From positions 59,281 to 123,280 of the IMG/VR virus record IMGVR_UViG_3300020061_000004: a DNA stretch of 64,000 nt. The stretch is one strand, 5' to 3'. This document shows positions 1-10,456 of the stretch, one piece after another. Position 1 is the stretch's first letter, and each line of letters begins with the position of its first letter. The DNA is from a virus. The notes beneath the pieces were generated by a model. The model had not been told where the DNA came from. It did no database searches and saw only the letters and a list, made by a program, of their open reading frames with translations. A program made the position numbers and the translations under genes.

Positions 1-977
1 AACCATGCATCTAATACCTCTCCAAGAGTAAATGTAGAAATACTATCATGATTTCCCGGTATAATTATCACATCTACAGGTGCAATAGTAGATAGTTTTT
101 CTATAGTTTCAATTAATAGAGTCTTTGCAGTCTGGAACATCTTCCCAAAGCGTGAATCACATGATACGGGTGTACCGGCAGTAGTAGTATTACTAGCATT
201 ATCCACATTAATGAGGTCATTACCAACAGGAAGAATGATTTTTGCTACATTTTCCAGATTAACACGAGACAGTAATTCTTCTACTGCCTTTGTATAACGA
301 TCTACAGCAATTTTACTATCATAAGCTTCTCCTGTTTCCTTTCCCCATGCCAGTTTACCAATATGCAAATCAGGAATGTTGATTTCTAATGCATGTACCT
401 TTTCAACCTTAGATGGAACTGCATATTCAATACCAATATTACTATAAGGACTATATCCCTTGATTTCATCAAGAAACTTCTTCTTGTCGAATTCAACTGA
501 GCTTTCCTTTTTATTTTTAACTTTAGCCTTCACCGAATATAGTGGCTTAGACTCGATCTCTCCTTGGTTGTTCTTAATCCAAGCATTGTATGATTTAATC
601 TCATAATCTGATATATTTCCCTTATCAAGATTGATCTTTGCAACACTTATAAGATCATCAAGATTCTCTACTTTATCTTCTGTAGTATGTGTATATACAG
701 ATTCTGCATCTTCTACTTTATATGACCAACCAGTATTAGGAAGAGTTAGTGATCGAGTAGGGTCTTTTACTAAAGACTGATCATAATCTACACTATAATA
801 TCCAATTGTTGCAGTAGTAAGGGGTTTGTTTGTTTTATTTAATTGTCTCCAACGTTTACGAGCTTTTTCAGGATGAATATTAAACTTTGCAGCAATTTTA
901 TTGTAATATCCTACTTCATTTGTCTTTTTAGGATTTGCCATTATATATTCATCAACTAACTTATTCAGTTCACTCAT
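1..977 (-). CDS. Calcineurin-like metallophosphoesterase (runs off the window edge)
   Basis: Translated by hand from ATG at 977 (MSELNKLVDEYIMANP...); contains PDLHIG, VGNDLI and IPGNHD motifs. Confidence 0.8.
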   Translation of the reverse strand, partial: MSELNKLVDEYIMANPKKTNEVGYYNKIAAKFNIHPEKARKRWRQLNKTNKPLTTATIGYYSVDYDQSLVKDPTRSLTLPNTGWSYKVEDAESVYTHTTEDKVENLDDLISVAKINLDKGNISDYEIKSYNAWIKNNQGEIESKPLYSVKAKVKNKKESSVEFDKKKFLDEIKGYSPYSNIGIEYAVPSKVEKVHALEINIPDLHIGKLAWGKETGEAYDSKIAVDRYTKAVEELLSRVNLENVAKIILPVGNDLINVDNASNTTTAGTPVSCDSRFGKMFQTAKTLLIETIEKLSTIAPVDVIIIPGNHDSISTFTLGEVLDAW

Positions 978-1025
978 TTTGTTATATTTTACACAAAAAT
1001 ACACAAAATCTCTGATATATCCAAA

Positions 1026-1056
1026 TAAAAAATCCCCTCCTAGAAAAGAGGGGACA
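1026..1056 (-). terminator. Intrinsic terminator after the tail fibre gene
   Basis: Minus strand GTCCCCTC-loop-GAGGGGAT followed by a T-run. Confidence 0.7.
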
Positions 1057-1096
1057 GAACCTATCCAAAAACCAACAAAAGCATAGGGTCTTAAAG

Positions 1097-2860
1097 TTAT
1101 TTTAATTCGAGTACTTTTACCTTATCACTCAACTCTTTAACTGCATTTATTAGTGTAAAGATTAGAGTATCTGTATCAAGTTTTTTGAAATCCTCAATAT
1201 TATAATAATGACTTTTTTCAGTAACTACAGCTTCAGGTATAATCTTTTCTATTTCTTGTGCAATTACACCTACACGTTTATCACCAGTAGTATTGTCTTT
1301 AAAATGAAACTTTAATGTATTAATTTTTTCAATTTCATCAAGTCCTCTTGTATAAGATTCAAAACCAGTTTTTACTCTTTCATCTGATGTTACAACAACT
1401 CCTGTAGAGAAACTATTTGTCATAGTGCTACCTTCTTGGAAGATAGCATGTTTATTAGTTATACGTGCTCCATAATCACTTGTAGTAATATCATCAATAT
1501 ATAAACCATAGTAGTCAGCAACAGTTCCTGTATAAACTGCACCAGTTGGTGCTGTATTAATACCTCTTGCTCTTATTGCTGCCCATCTTGATACATTTCC
1601 TGCATCAGATGCAAAAGCAACAAATGTACCATTACTTACTATATTATCTACTGATACACTACCAGCATTTTCTTTAAACATAACACCCACTACACCTGCA
1701 TATCCATCACATCCAGGAGCTAATGTAACTGCACCAGTTGCATTTATTCTCATTTCTCCATGAATCGCAGATTTTATTGAGTTAATAGCATCTGTCTGTG
1801 CTCCACCATCAATTTCTAATAAACCAAATATTCCATTTAATCCTGTAGAAGCAAATGTTCCTGTAGTTGATATAGTTGCAGCACTAGTCTTTCCACCAGA
1901 TACTACATAAGTATTTTCTATCTGAAAGTTAGCTCCAGTACCGGGAGTACCTTCACCCATGTATAATACAGGATTGTCATGATACTTCAAATTAAAAGTA
2001 GCAAAATCAATATCTGTATTCTTAATTAATGGACCACCCATCTGAACTGTATTACCAGTAATGCTAAGACCATTATTAGCAGCATTAACTGTACCGGAAT
2101 TGCCTACGAATAAACCATCACTATTTACAGTAATATTATTACCAGCAGTAACTGATACTTTAACATTAGCAGTTAAGACATTAGGAGTAGTAGTTGAAAG
2201 ATTAAGATCAACTGTAGCTGTATCATTAGCTTGTAAACCTGCTGTTAATAAGCAATTTGCAAGCTGTTCCCTGACACCTAAGTTAGAACTACATAATGCA
2301 CTAGCAAAGCAAGCAGCGTTGAATGTAGGGCGTATTACAAGGGTTCCAGAATTATCTAGGACATCAATAGATATACAACCATCTACAGTAGTGTCTCCTA
2401 CTACCTGATTAAATAAATAATCAGGAGAATCATTAGCATCTACCTTTACAAAGAAATTAGGATTGGGATTAGTGGCAAGGAGTCCATTAGCTGTAGCAGA
2501 TAATAGATTACCAACAGTTGGGTCTATTATTACATTACCACTTAATGTTCTTCCATCAAGGCCAACAGTTAAATCTAATGTGTTTGTATCAAGAGGAATG
2601 ATAGGAGTATTAGCTGTACTACCAAACTTTGCATCTATTGCATCAAATATTGTCTGAGCAGAACTACCATTAGGAAGTCCTAGATTTATTAGATTAGTTG
2701 CAGGAGGGATGAAGCCTGGATATGTAGGATGATAGATAACACAAGCAGAATCCATTTCTGAATTACAGTTTGCATTTTCATTACATTGATCACAATAAGG
2801 AACTACTACACAATTACATCTAAGATGGTCTGGGCCACCACAAGTTGAGCAAATAGGCAT
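1097..2860 (-). CDS. Tail fibre/spike protein with C-terminal intramolecular chaperone (peptidase S74-like)
   Basis: Beta-rich low-charge body; C-terminal SDERVK...GVIAQEIEKIIPEAV...LINAVKEL signature. Confidence 0.8.
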   Translation of the reverse strand: MPICSTCGGPDHLRCNCVVVPYCDQCNENANCNSEMDSACVIYHPTYPGFIPPATNLINLGLPNGSSAQTIFDAIDAKFGSTANTPIIPLDTNTLDLTVGLDGRTLSGNVIIDPTVGNLLSATANGLLATNPNPNFFVKVDANDSPDYLFNQVVGDTTVDGCISIDVLDNSGTLVIRPTFNAACFASALCSSNLGVREQLANCLLTAGLQANDTATVDLNLSTTTPNVLTANVKVSVTAGNNITVNSDGLFVGNSGTVNAANNGLSITGNTVQMGGPLIKNTDIDFATFNLKYHDNPVLYMGEGTPGTGANFQIENTYVVSGGKTSAATISTTGTFASTGLNGIFGLLEIDGGAQTDAINSIKSAIHGEMRINATGAVTLAPGCDGYAGVVGVMFKENAGSVSVDNIVSNGTFVAFASDAGNVSRWAAIRARGINTAPTGAVYTGTVADYYGLYIDDITTSDYGARITNKHAIFQEGSTMTNSFSTGVVVTSDERVKTGFESYTRGLDEIEKINTLKFHFKDNTTGDKRVGVIAQEIEKIIPEAVVTEKSHYYNIEDFKKLDTDTLIFTLINAVKELSDKVKVLELK

Positions 2861-2861
2861 A

Positions 2862-3647
2862 TTATACAGTTGTTATTGTCTTAACGATTCCGTTTGCCTG
2901 AATCTTAAGAAGGTTTGAAGTGGTATTAAACCAATACTGTCCATCAAGAATTCCTGTAGGATCAGTAGCTAAATTACCAAGATATCCAATTACACCACAA
3001 GCAAGAGCAGCAAGACTTACCGAGTTACCACCTACAATAGATAATGTCTTAGTAGTATTATCAAGTGAAAGTGTCTGAGGAGCAGAAAATATACCATCAG
3101 ATAAAATAGAAGCTCTATTATTAGCTGTAGCTGATATCTTCACCACCCCAGTGATAGTATGGTTCTGAGTACCTGAAACAGTAAAATCAATAGATGTACT
3201 ATCTATAGGAGTAATAGGAATTGTTGCAGCGGCAGTTGCAGCAGCTATAGCAGCACTCTGTGTAGCAAATTCAGTATCAACTGATTGTGCAAACTGTTGT
3301 AGAGTATTTATAGTAAATGGAACAGCTCTAAGAAAGGGAAGAGTGTAGTTTGGTACATTCATTACCTGTCCAATAGGTACTGCAACAGTATCCATAAATA
3401 ACTGAAGAGTAGCTCCATTATTTAAGCCAATAGGTGTAAGATTATTAATTATATCATTATTCTTATGATAGATGACACAATTAGAATCTAACTGAATTGG
3501 GCAACCAGTATTATTACACGTACATACAGGCTGACCACATCCACATCCGCCATATTGCCAACCAGAAGGAGCTATACGAGGATATTGAGGACCAAATGGA
3601 ACAGCATCACTACCACATCCACAACCAGAATAAAGAGGGTTAGGCAT
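2862..3647 (-). CDS. Cys-rich putative virion structural protein
   Basis: Shares the DSxCVIYH motif and the TIPITPIDS/TPIIPLDT segment with the neighbouring fibre gene. Confidence 0.55.
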   Translation of the reverse strand: MPNPLYSGCGCGSDAVPFGPQYPRIAPSGWQYGGCGCGQPVCTCNNTGCPIQLDSNCVIYHKNNDIINNLTPIGLNNGATLQLFMDTVAVPIGQVMNVPNYTLPFLRAVPFTINTLQQFAQSVDTEFATQSAAIAAATAAATIPITPIDSTSIDFTVSGTQNHTITGVVKISATANNRASILSDGIFSAPQTLSLDNTTKTLSIVGGNSVSLAALACGVIGYLGNLATDPTGILDGQYWFNTTSNLLKIQANGIVKTITTV

Positions 3648-3658
3648 TTTATTTTAAT

Positions 3659-4117
3659 TTATATTCCTAAGAATGTTTTAATTGTACAAATTTCACTTCT
3701 AAATAAGTTTAGAATAGAAATGAGTGAGTATGTATTAGTTCCAACTTGACAAGGTGCAGCTGAGGCTGAAAGACATTGTAAGTCTATTGTTAGAAGCTGT
3801 GTAGCAATATTCCAAGCATTTACAGTTGATGTTAATGCAGTGAGAGCAGCATCCAGTCCACATATCTTATCTGTGTGAATCTGAAATAATCCCTTTACAT
3901 CTACATCAATAGGAACAGTTGTTAGACACTGGTTATTAAGATTAGTAACATTAATAGCCGTCTGAATATTTAGAATAGCCTGTGATATTAGATCAACAAT
4001 GTCATTGACATTAGCATCACAGTCGGGTTGTTGTTCTGTTGTAAGAAATACTAAATCCTTTCCTGTGTAAGGAACACATTCAGAAGGAATTATATTACCA
4101 CATGAATATCTTCTCAT
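3659..4117 (-). CDS. Cys-rich putative virion protein
   Basis: 152-aa ORF in the structural operon; SECVPY resembles the CVIY motif of its neighbours. Confidence 0.5.
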   Translation of the reverse strand: MRRYSCGNIIPSECVPYTGKDLVFLTTEQQPDCDANVNDIVDLISQAILNIQTAINVTNLNNQCLTTVPIDVDVKGLFQIHTDKICGLDAALTALTSTVNAWNIATQLLTIDLQCLSASAAPCQVGTNTYSLISILNLFRSEICTIKTFLGI

Positions 4118-4275
4118 TGTACTTTTTTATAAAGGAGGCTACAAATATATTCTGTTTGTTGTTTATCTTTGAAGAACTTGGCCTTTAGAAAGTCTTCATT
4201 AGGAAGTTCGCAGGTAATATCATAGCGATAGCTATTATATACAGCATTAGCATATTTAAGAAGTATCTTTAACAT
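4114..4275 (-). CDS. Small hypothetical protein (53 aa, not in the ORF track)
   Basis: MLKILLKYANAVYNSYRYDITCELP...KKVQ; fills the gap and overlaps both neighbours (ATGA overlap). Confidence 0.6.
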   Translation of the reverse strand: MLKILLKYANAVYNSYRYDITCELPNEDFLKAKFFKDKQQTEYICSLLYKKVQ

Positions 4276-4589
4276 TGTCCTGTGCTTAATATTACTGTTA
4301 CAAAACTTTTAATCTCGTCAAGCTGCTTTTTAAAATAGCAGACATTTGTTGGGTAGTTGAGTGTTGAAAGTAATATACCTCTATAGTTTACAAGCTGAGC
4401 TTGTGTGATATTAGGCATAGTTGTATATAACCCTTTATCCTTAAAGCATGTTACTTTTTCCAACCATGAATTTACCTGATCTAAGGTATATACACAATCT
4501 GATTGTTGTGTTTCATCAATGGGAGGAACAGAACGAGTAGCAAATGAGCGTGTAGCTATTGTAGCATTACCCGATGAACATCCACACAT
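4269..4589 (-). CDS. Hypothetical protein in the structural operon
   Basis: 106-aa ORF coupled to its neighbours. Confidence 0.6.
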   Translation of the reverse strand: MCGCSSGNATIATRSFATRSVPPIDETQQSDCVYTLDQVNSWLEKVTCFKDKGLYTTMPNITQAQLVNYRGILLSTLNYPTNVCYFKKQLDEIKSFVTVILSTGQC

Positions 4590-5155
4590 TAGTTACAACA
4601 TTTTTCGAGTTTCTTAATTAATCGATCTGTCAACTTAGATGCCAATGCATAAAACTCAGTAGCTTTCTTTTCATTCTGATCTGCAATAAGATGACATCCT
4701 TCTACAAGCATGTGTATCTCAGCAAGATCATTCATTATTGTTAAGTCCTCTTTTCTTGAACAATCTGAAGCTCCTATCTTTTCATAGATAAAAGTAATTC
4801 GTTGTTCTAAGATATTAGTACGACAAAAGCTCTTAAGTTTATAATTGAGATTGTATGGACAGATTTTATACTTTAGTCGATATACTCCATCAGGAAGATC
4901 AATAAGACAATCAGCATTCAATAAGTCTGTAAGTCCTAAAGTATTGGAATTGAAGGTATTAACCTGATTTGCAACAATATTAACTAAGAAATACTTATTG
5001 TATCCCGGCATTAATACTTCAAGTAAGGGTCTATCAGGTTGTCCTATATATACAGAGCTATCTATGAAAACAAGAGTCTTAGGATTTCCCGTAGAAATTA
5101 TTTCGAAATCTATAATATTTTCTCTAAATCCCTTCATAAATAAAAAAAGGAGCAA
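4589..5155 (-). CDS. Hypothetical structural-module protein (true start probably MKGFRE)
   Basis: ORF with a DLPDGVYRLKY motif, following a terminator. Confidence 0.55.
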   Translation of the reverse strand: MLLFLFMKGFRENIIDFEIISTGNPKTLVFIDSSVYIGQPDRPLLEVLMPGYNKYFLVNIVANQVNTFNSNTLGLTDLLNADCLIDLPDGVYRLKYKICPYNLNYKLKSFCRTNILEQRITFIYEKIGASDCSRKEDLTIMNDLAEIHMLVEGCHLIADQNEKKATEFYALASKLTDRLIKKLEKCCN

Positions 5156-5178
5156 GCAAGATTGTACCTGCTTGCTCC
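5142..5178 (-). terminator. Intrinsic terminator after the capsid gene block
   Basis: GGAGCAAGCA-loop-TGCTTGCTCC followed by a T-run on the minus strand. Confidence 0.8.
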
Positions 5179-5201
5179 AGATTATAAGAGTTACAAAAAA
5201 C

Positions 5202-7124
5202 TTAGTCGAGTATTACATCAACTGGGCTAGACAAACTTTCGATGTATCCCAGAATTGCTGTTTCGAATGCTGTACCTGTACCGGTAGGGAAGTATACAAC
5301 CTGCTGATATGAATCAGTATAGGTTTGAGACCAACCCAACACTTTGTAGGTGAATTCATACTCAAGAGTATATTCATCATAGAAAGCGAAAGGATCAGAG
5401 AAGTATACATAACCTTCAGCTTCACGAACAGCAGGGTCCATAGAGTAGTCCTTCAGGAAGTAACCAAGAGACTTAACTTCTTGATCACGAACATAAGCAC
5501 CAACACCTACAGGATACTGTACGTTCTGAAGTTCAGTGATAGGCCAACGATTTTCACAAGGAGAAGCATCGTAGTCTTCATTGTATTCAGATACCTGAAT
5601 GTGAATTGTATCAGCTTCATAAGGATAGTACAGATATGTACATTCTCCAGTGATACGATTGATAAAGGCCGTTTCTATGATAACACCAGCAGATACTACT
5701 GCACCCGGAGCTGCTGTTACTGGAACCCACTCAGAGTTACCAAAGGCAGGAATCTTACCGAAATCAATTTCATCTACCTGACAATCAATACCAACTACAT
5801 TAGAGAAAGTTGTTACTGCATAACCATGTACACAATCTACAGGACCATCAGCAAGCTGAGTAATCGTGAGAGGCTGTCCATTGATTAAGATACCAGCATA
5901 ATAGTCCTGAAGTTCAGTCAGACGGCTAACACCACAAACATTATCTGAAAGGGTAAGGTTAAGAGTCTGAGGGAACTGCCAAAGAACTGGAGTCTGTGCT
6001 GTCCAAGCAGTAGTTGTAGGAGTAGTGATAGTACATTTAGCACTTACATCTCCAAAAGCTTGAATAGAGTCAGTACCAACAGCAGCCTGATTAGCAACAT
6101 TACTTACAATTACATAAGTAGAAAGTTGATTAGGGCTATCGAAGTTAGTACGAACAATTGACTCACCGGGACCTGCAATAGCATAAGCAGTTGCAGCAGC
6201 CGTAAGAGCAGCAGGATTACCAGCATCAGCACGACGTACTACATACAAGAAACCAGCAGGATTCAATGTATAACCAGCAGGACAAGTAGCACAAGAAGGA
6301 AGTACAACAATACCAGCATTTGTGAATGCAGCAGGAGCACCAGCACTTGTAAGACGAGTCATCTGATATGTACTTACAATACCATCACGAGAAGTGCGAA
6401 TTACCACCATTCCAGGATACTGTACCTGTACAAAAGCCAGAGCAGCATTATGTCCACCATCCGCTACAGATAGGGTATATACTGTGTTTGAGAGAGCACC
6501 CGTTGTGTCAACAGCAGTGCTGAGAACTTTCTTAGCTAAAAGCAAACCGGGAGTATCGAAACTATTAAATTTCAGACGAGGATCATTATTGATCTTATCT
6601 ACAAGCTGATCAGCAAGCTGAGAAGCATTAACAGCAGCACAGTTGTCTGTACCACAATCATCGCAACAGCCCGTATCCAGCCAATACTGGCGAATAAGAC
6701 CCTGAACCGAGTAGAGTTTATCAATAGGATTACCTGTAAGTTTGATAAATACTGAACGCTTTTCACCGCAGTTAGCAGTTAAGGTTTTAGTAACATCAAA
6801 ACCGTCGAAACCGATAGCGACTTTCTGATTCTGTCCTTGATGTGCAGTTTTCTTACGGAACCTTGTAATAAGTTTCCCCTTGATCAGCTTAGAAGCCTGA
6901 TTAGTTTTAGGAATACCGCCCATTAAAGGGATAAAAGACAGATCAGGCATACCTTGCCAGATTTGAATTGCTTTGTTATTTGCATAGGTGGGAGCAGGAG
7001 CAGCAGTATAGGTATTGCCATCGACGATACCAATCTGAGAAATACCCAAGTCCACGGTTGTGCCCGATGCAAGTAAGACAGGAGTTTTCGTTACGAATAC
7101 TTGTCTAAACGATTGATTAAGCAT
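5202..7124 (-). CDS. Abundant virion structural protein (auxiliary capsid-like, crAss capsid module)
   Basis: 640 aa, Ala/Thr-rich, biased codons, third gene after the major capsid gene as in crAss-like phages. Confidence 0.6.
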   Translation of the reverse strand: MLNQSFRQVFVTKTPVLLASGTTVDLGISQIGIVDGNTYTAAPAPTYANNKAIQIWQGMPDLSFIPLMGGIPKTNQASKLIKGKLITRFRKKTAHQGQNQKVAIGFDGFDVTKTLTANCGEKRSVFIKLTGNPIDKLYSVQGLIRQYWLDTGCCDDCGTDNCAAVNASQLADQLVDKINNDPRLKFNSFDTPGLLLAKKVLSTAVDTTGALSNTVYTLSVADGGHNAALAFVQVQYPGMVVIRTSRDGIVSTYQMTRLTSAGAPAAFTNAGIVVLPSCATCPAGYTLNPAGFLYVVRRADAGNPAALTAAATAYAIAGPGESIVRTNFDSPNQLSTYVIVSNVANQAAVGTDSIQAFGDVSAKCTITTPTTTAWTAQTPVLWQFPQTLNLTLSDNVCGVSRLTELQDYYAGILINGQPLTITQLADGPVDCVHGYAVTTFSNVVGIDCQVDEIDFGKIPAFGNSEWVPVTAAPGAVVSAGVIIETAFINRITGECTYLYYPYEADTIHIQVSEYNEDYDASPCENRWPITELQNVQYPVGVGAYVRDQEVKSLGYFLKDYSMDPAVREAEGYVYFSDPFAFYDEYTLEYEFTYKVLGWSQTYTDSYQQVVYFPTGTGTAFETAILGYIESLSSPVDVILD

Positions 7125-7151
7125 TGTGATTTGTTATTGTTTGTTAAAAAT

Positions 7152-7820
7152 TTACTCTGTTACTATTCTTTCTTTTGCGAGTTGAAATCCATCTGGATTC
7201 TCGTAGCGTCTGATCACTTCTAAAGCACACCTGTCAATCACTTCATCAACATACTGATCTTGAATATCAGGATCAATGTTTGTTGATTGTGTGCCATCTA
7301 ATCTGATGTAACCTTCTATATCAATGTTTATAACAGAACGATAATAGTTTAGGTAACATTCATCAACAGCGAAGTCCTTTTTAAAGACGAATAGGTTTCC
7401 CTCAGACAAATCTACGATAGTTTCTTCAAAATCAAAAGAGGGCTGATTATTTGCGTCCTCTAATAGCATATTTTCGTTTAAGGGCTTGTAGGGAAAGTTG
7501 AATATTCTAACCCCTTTACAATTCCCCGAAGAACATACTGAATAACTACTCGCATAATTAAAGAAGTTGGTCGGCAACTTAAAGATAGCGTAACTATCAT
7601 TCTCATCCAGCTTTTGAAGCTTTTTGAACTTAACTTGGATTTCAGCCAAGTCTTGAACATCAATTACGCTTTCTTTTTCGTTTAACTTCGTCTTCAGCCA
7701 CCTTTTAGCCTGTTCATTAAATAAGAATACAAACTCACCTTTTGATATATCAATATCTGCATTGGTGTCATTCTTATTTACTTTTAATAACAGTCTTTTA
7801 TAGGTTTCAAATGACGTCAT
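7152..7820 (-). CDS. Putative head-tail ring/adaptor protein
   Basis: Position in the crAss-like capsid module; adaptor-like size and composition. Confidence 0.5.
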   Translation of the reverse strand: MTSFETYKRLLLKVNKNDTNADIDISKGEFVFLFNEQAKRWLKTKLNEKESVIDVQDLAEIQVKFKKLQKLDENDSYAIFKLPTNFFNYASSYSVCSSGNCKGVRIFNFPYKPLNENMLLEDANNQPSFDFEETIVDLSEGNLFVFKKDFAVDECYLNYYRSVINIDIEGYIRLDGTQSTNIDPDIQDQYVDEVIDRCALEVIRRYENPDGFQLAKERIVTE

Positions 7821-7830
7821 TATTATAATT

Positions 7831-8718
7831 TTATCCCAGTGAACGTTTTTCTTCTACTTCTTCTTTTACAGAAGCAAACTCATTTACATTTGCAGGACTA
7901 CTCAGGAACTTTATTACATCCTTCATAGTCTTACCATATGTAGCATTACCTCTCTGGTAATAGCCTTCTCTGATACGAATAACGTGACGCTGGATAGCTT
8001 CATCAATGATAAGCTTATAAGTGAGTTCTTCTACAGTCTTACCCATAGCTTCAGCAAACTTACGCGTTGCAGTACCTTCCTTATCATTAGTAAGTGTATC
8101 CCTAAGAAGGTTATATACACTATCTTTCTTCATTGAATCCTTAACCTTAGAGCCAAGAATGTATTTACCAATGAGATTAAGCTTACGCTCATTATCATAC
8201 AGACCGAAGAGATCAGCAACTGCCTTATCACGTTCACGACTCTTAACAGACTTCTGAGAATCTTCTTCTTCTGAACGGTGCATGTAGAATTTTGTGGAAA
8301 TGTAATCAGGATCACCTTTCGCTTCCAATTCTGGAGCACTAAATCTATTTGCTAGCAAGACATAGTATTTAACCCTGTCAAGCGGAATATCAAAGTTAAG
8401 AGCTAATTTATCTACAATACGAATGTAGAATGTTTCCCAGAAATCTGATTTAGCATGCAGATTAAGACCAGTGAGAGTTTCGAGTTCCAAACGGAGTTCT
8501 TTTTTCTCTGCCTGAATTTTCTCACGAAGTTCACTGTCTTTAATACTTTTGATAGATACTGTCTCGTCATCAAGACCTGTAATCCACCTTCCATCTAAGC
8601 CTTTACCAGCTTGAAGGATTTCAAAAGTTCCAGGAAATTTACTTTTGTCATACTTGTCAAGTCCAAGCATCTGAGCACCTAAGTCAGGAGCCTGTTTGAT
8701 TTCTACAAGAGTAGCCAT
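7831..8718 (-). CDS. Conserved capsid-module protein (start MATLVE)
   Basis: Directly downstream of the major capsid gene; ATG at 8718 follows an A/C-rich leader. Confidence 0.55.
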   Translation of the reverse strand: MATLVEIKQAPDLGAQMLGLDKYDKSKFPGTFEILQAGKGLDGRWITGLDDETVSIKSIKDSELREKIQAEKKELRLELETLTGLNLHAKSDFWETFYIRIVDKLALNFDIPLDRVKYYVLLANRFSAPELEAKGDPDYISTKFYMHRSEEEDSQKSVKSRERDKAVADLFGLYDNERKLNLIGKYILGSKVKDSMKKDSVYNLLRDTLTNDKEGTATRKFAEAMGKTVEELTYKLIIDEAIQRHVIRIREGYYQRGNATYGKTMKDVIKFLSSPANVNEFASVKEEVEEKRSLG

Positions 8719-8740
8719 TGTGTTTGTTTGTTGGTTTAAA

Positions 8741-8776
8741 AAAGAAAAGTAGGGAGGTGTTTGTGGCACACCTCCC
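8741..8776 (-). terminator. Terminator-like hairpin after the major capsid gene
   Basis: GGGAGGTGT-loop-ACACCTCCC then a T-rich tail. Confidence 0.65.
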
Positions 8777-8789
8777 GAAGCACTTAAAA

Positions 8790-10424
8790 TTAGAAGCTAG
8801 GCTTGATCTTTTCGATGATGATCGAGCGAGTGGCATCTTTCAGCCAAATGCTGCTCTGATTTTTCATCCAGATCGCATATCCATCACGCTGAGAGCTAGA
8901 GAACATACCCTGAGTTGCTTTAGGACCAAACGGATGTTGAGTACCTAATTCATAACCCCAATATGTATCAGACCAACCTTCAGGTTTAATAAGAACCAGG
9001 TTCGAGTTATCGTTAAAGCCATCTTCAACACGATATTCTACTTCCTTAACCTTTGCGGCTGCATTTGATGTATTATTATCAGTGATATCCAATACCATCA
9101 GAGTGTAAGACTCGATAGGCAGTTCACCTATCAGACCATCCTGAACACGATTGTAGTGATTATCCAGAGCAGGGTTATATTCGAAAGTAACCTCACCAGC
9201 TACAGGGAAACGTTTGCTAGTGAAACGATATCCATACATCAGGTGCATAGCATCTCCTGTTAGATATCCCTTAACATCACCAGCCAGTACCAAGAATGGA
9301 TTAGTATTCTTAAAGTCATCAGCCAGAAGTTTAGAAACTTCAATCATAGCACCAGTACCTACCATGATCTTAGTACGACGCTGTTCAAACGGAATACCAG
9401 AGTTGTAGAACAAGTTAGCCAGAGTTTCTTCGATCAGAGCAAGTGTCAGTCTAGTATACTGAACTCTATTACCTGTACGCAGTTGTTCGTAAAGACCCGT
9501 GTTAACACGTACCGAACGACGACCACTACCAGTAACAATACCACCCTTAGACCACATCAAATCCCTTTCTTCCATCATCTTCATTTCAGCCCATAGCATG
9601 GCTTCGATACGATTCATCCATTTCATGGAGTTAGGTATCGGCTTACCAGCCTGATCTTTATTGAAGAAGACAAGAGTAGAGTTATTTCTACGCAAATCAG
9701 AATACTGATTAAGATAACCATAACGAGGGTCTCCACCGTCGATCTTCAGCATGTCAGCATAAGCAGTAATCCAGTGATATACCGAACGTCCACCACCAAC
9801 TTGCATTTCCAGATCAAGTGATCCCTGACGAAGCCAAACAGAAGATTTCTGAGTGTCATATTCGCCATTAACATTGGTAATTTTCATATACTCAACACCG
9901 GGCTGAAGGAACCTCTTAGGGAAGAAGTTTTTCTTGTTAGCCTGTGGAAGAGTAACAGTATATACCCAACCATCACTTTCTTCATAGATTTCTTCTTCTG
10001 TGATATACAGAGACACACCATCACGATAATCGTAAGTGATAATATCAGTGTTTGTAAAACAGTTTTCAGAAAGCTTAATTTTGAATTTCTGTCCATCAAT
10101 ACCGGGACGCTGGATATCACCAGTCATATCTTCTACCATATAAGGTAGGCCGATGTTGTACGGTACGCTATAACGGAACTTTCCTTCAGCACCATTGATA
10201 TACATAACAGAGTTATTCATCTCAGTCATGCTGATCAGCGGCGTATTCATCAACCTACGCTGATTCCACAAGTGGATCATACCTTTATAGGTAGTGAATG
10301 ATTCTCTCTTGTACAGAGAGTAAAGTGAGTTCAAGTCTGTGTACTTGTTAACATCAAATCTAGTCTGACCAACAACGAGTGAGTTATTTAAACTCGTTAC
10401 GCTTGGTATTTGAACTTGAGCCAT
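8790..10424 (-). CDS. Major capsid protein (crAss-like)
   Basis: 544 aa, strong codon bias, two genes after portal, followed by a terminator; TGLYEQLR-type motif. Confidence 0.75.
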   Translation of the reverse strand: MAQVQIPSVTSLNNSLVVGQTRFDVNKYTDLNSLYSLYKRESFTTYKGMIHLWNQRRLMNTPLISMTEMNNSVMYINGAEGKFRYSVPYNIGLPYMVEDMTGDIQRPGIDGQKFKIKLSENCFTNTDIITYDYRDGVSLYITEEEIYEESDGWVYTVTLPQANKKNFFPKRFLQPGVEYMKITNVNGEYDTQKSSVWLRQGSLDLEMQVGGGRSVYHWITAYADMLKIDGGDPRYGYLNQYSDLRRNNSTLVFFNKDQAGKPIPNSMKWMNRIEAMLWAEMKMMEERDLMWSKGGIVTGSGRRSVRVNTGLYEQLRTGNRVQYTRLTLALIEETLANLFYNSGIPFEQRRTKIMVGTGAMIEVSKLLADDFKNTNPFLVLAGDVKGYLTGDAMHLMYGYRFTSKRFPVAGEVTFEYNPALDNHYNRVQDGLIGELPIESYTLMVLDITDNNTSNAAAKVKEVEYRVEDGFNDNSNLVLIKPEGWSDTYWGYELGTQHPFGPKATQGMFSSSQRDGYAIWMKNQSSIWLKDATRSIIIEKIKPSF

Positions 10425-10456
10425 TTTTTACGTGAATTTTAGTTTAGATTAAAAAT

